Both the position numbers and the translations under genes were made by a program. A stretch of 64,000 nt of DNA from positions 1,824,001-1,888,000 of the forward strand of contig CBDCJO010000002.1 of the NCBI GenBank assembly GCA_965217865.1, given 5' to 3'. The notes under the pieces are model-generated. The model was given only the letters and a program-made list of their open reading frames with translations, ran no database searches and had not been told where the DNA came from. Origin of the DNA: Candidatus Latescibacterota bacterium (GTDB taxonomy: Bacteria > Latescibacterota > UBA2968 > SICM01). Positions 61,594 to 64,000 of this stretch are shown here, piece by piece (the stretch's first letter is position 1; each line of letters opens with the position of its first letter).

Positions 61594-63764
61594 CGAAGAT
61601 TCGGGGCCGGATCGACGCCGTCTTCTATGCCGGCGCGCGATTCTCGGCGGGTCGGCTGGTCACCTCCACGGGCGATGAAGTTGCCTTCGCCGGCAAGCTC
61701 TTCGCCCGCGAGCAGGAGCAGGTGATCCTCGAGGGGCGCTGGGTCACGCATCCGAAGTACGGGCGCCAGCTGGAGGTCGAGACACTGGCCTATGACCTCC
61801 AACTGGATACCGAGGGCCTGGCCCACTACCTGGCCCATCACCCGGACATCAAGGGGATCGGACCGGTCAAGGCGAAGCTGATCGCCGAACCCTTCAGCCA
61901 GGATTTCGACCGGGTCATCGACGAAGAGCCGGAAGCGGTCGCCCAGGCGGCGCGCCTGCCCCTGGCGACGGTCGAACGGCTGCGGGACGAATGGCGGAAA
62001 ACCCGCGAGGTCAACCGGGCGCTGACCTGGCTCGCGGCCTTCGGGCTCACGCACCATCAGGTCACGACGCTGGTCGGCAAGTTCAAGAACAACGCGTTGG
62101 CGCTGCTCAAGGCCGATCCCTACACCATCGTGCGCGAGGTTCGGGGCTTCGGCTTCAAGCGCGTCGACAAGATCGCCCGCAGGATGGGGACCGCAAAGGA
62201 CGATCCGTCCCGCATCCGCGCCGGCATCCTCCACTGCGTCGCGGCGGCGCTCGACCAGGGCAATTGCTGGATCGAGTTCGAGGAACTGATCGAGCAGGCC
62301 AACACGCTGCTCGTGATGGATGCCTTAGGCAGCCGCGACCATATCGAGACGTCGCTCGGCGCGTTGATCGACGAAGGGGCGCTCTCCTGCGTCGATCACG
62401 GCAGCCGTTTTCTGGTCGCCCGGCCGGACATCCGCCGGATGGAGGAGGACCTGGCCGAAACGCTCGGCAAGGGCGACGCCGCCAACCCGCATTTCCCCGA
62501 GTCCGAGCATCACTCAGGTCTCGTGGACAAGCTCGCGCCACGCTCAACGCGGGACAGCGTGAGGCCGTTCTGACGGCGCTCACCCACGCCATCACGCTCA
62601 TCAGCGGCGGCGCGGGAAGCGGCAAGTCCTACACCGTCGCGGCGCTCACCACGATCTACGACGAGGTCGGCCTGCAGGTCATCCTCGCCGCCCCGACCGG
62701 CAAGGCGGCCAAGCGGCTCGAGGAGGTCTCCGACCGCCAGGCCAGCACCATCCACCGGCTCCTCGGATTCGACGGCAAGTCGTTCGCCCGCGGTCCCGAG
62801 GACCCTATCGACGCCGACGTCGTCATCGTCGACGAAGTGTCGATGGTCGACATCCCTCTCGCCTGGCAGTTGTTCCAGACCATCGATCCCGAACGCACCG
62901 TCGTAGTGCTGGTGGGTGACCACAACCAGCAGCCGCCCGTAGGTCCGGGCAACCTGCTGCGCGATCTGATCGAGGCCCGGACCGTGCCCACGGTGGTACT
63001 CGACAAGATCGTCCGCCAGGCCGGCGTGCTCAAGGAGAACAGCATCGCCGTGCTCGAAGGCCGAGTCCGCAAGACCAGCGAGCCGGGGGTCTCCGGACGA
63101 CGCGCCTGGTACCTGGTCGACCAGTTCACCGATCCGGGCGACGCGCAGCGCTTCCTGCTCGAGCTGTTCGAGACCGTGCTCGCCGAGCGGCTGCGCTTCC
63201 ACCTGCGCGACGACATTCAATTGCTGACGCCGACTCACAAGGGGCCACTCGGCACCCGGGCGCTCAACGTCGCGCTGCAACGGCTGATTCAGGCCAAAGC
63301 TCTGGGGCGTCGAGGTGCCGGCGCCGAAGCCGGGACGCCGACCTCGGTTGCTCGTCGACGACAAGGTCATCCAGACCCGCAACAACTACGAGCTCGGCGT
63401 GATGAACGGCGCGGTCGGCACCGTCACCGAGGTCGGCCGCGACGGCTCGCTCGTCATCGCCTTCGACGGCATGCCGGTCGAGATCGAATCCGGCTCGCCG
63501 AACCTAGCGGACATCAAGCTCGCTTACGCCCTCACGATTCACAAGGCGCAAGGCTCCGAGTTCCCGTGCGCCGTGGTAGTGGTGCACAAGTCGCACGCCT
63601 TCATGCACCACCGCAATCTCTTCTACACCGGTGTGACCCGGGCCAAGGAGGTAACGGTCGTCGTCGGGGACCGCTGGGGCATCGCCAACTGCGCGCGTAA
63701 GCGCCACCTCGATGAGCGCAAGACCTTTCTCTCCCTCCTTCTCGGCGAAGGGGCGGCGATATGA
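61563..63764 (+). pseudogene. RecD2-like helicase, frameshifted near 62540 and 63300
   Basis: HPKYGRQ, KGIGP, GFGFKRVD; GGAGSGKS, APTGKAA, DEVSM; NGAVG, YALTIHKAQGSE, YTGVTRA spread over three frames. Confidence 0.88.
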
Positions 63765-64000
63765 CGCGGACGAGCGTGGGCGACGTCAGGGAGTACTACC
63801 GGCTGATCACCGATGTCGACATCGGTCGGGTGGCCCGCGAGGTCCTTGCCGAGCGCTTCGTCCAAGAAGACGACCGCCTGCTGCAGTGCGACTGCCCGAA
63901 TCATACGAGTGGCAGCCATCGCTCGCTTCACGTCCTGCTCGACAAGCAGGGCTGGTACTGCTTTGGCTGCGGGGTGGGCGGCGACGTGCTGCAGCTGGTC
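63761..64000 (+). CDS. Primase-helicase (copy 2, runs off window)
   Basis: Homologous to the 5' end of 15603. Confidence 0.85.
   Translation, partial: MTRTSVGDVREYYRLITDVDIGRVAREVLAERFVQEDDRLLQCDCPNHTSGSHRSLHVLLDKQGWYCFGCGVGGDVLQLV

Larger units (their letters stand above)
57711..64000. mobile_element. Second tandem copy of the element (partial, internally deleted)
   Basis: 57711-61080 closely repeats 7053-10425. Confidence 0.9.

Overview
Positions 1-7061 are host chromosome: TauE/SafE permease, frameshifted FliK-like gene, tRNA-Sec, rhodanese, an internally deleted permease relic, M16 peptidase, aroC and tmRNA. The 3' end of the tmRNA (ssrA) is the insertion site of a ~50.6 kb element (about 7053-57710). 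A second, closely related copy follows in tandem from 57711 and runs off the window. The GC-rich backbone encodes DUF2924-like protein, a large serine recombinase, a LexA-like repressor, two unknown proteins, a sigma-70-family factor, a primase-helicase with iteron-like repeats, HTH proteins, a ParB-methyltransferase and a XerC-like recombinase. No capsid or conjugation genes are visible. From about 27.5 kb the element carries a dense, partly decayed defence cargo: GmrSD-like, SNF2 helicase/DUF4391-like/type III RM, Hachiman-like pair, OLD-like ATPase-TOPRIM, AlbA_2, SRAP, TM0106-like nuclease-helicase and a helicase IV-like UvrD. The most notable unannotated signal is an apparent private regulatory circuit read directly from the DNA: a fixed-spacing motif CCGAC-N15-(C/A)CGGTAGGTAA at 5 sites, a second bipartite motif at 4 sites, palindromic operators, and a repeated hairpin-forming leader. 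All family calls come from recognising motifs by eye; no database search was run.
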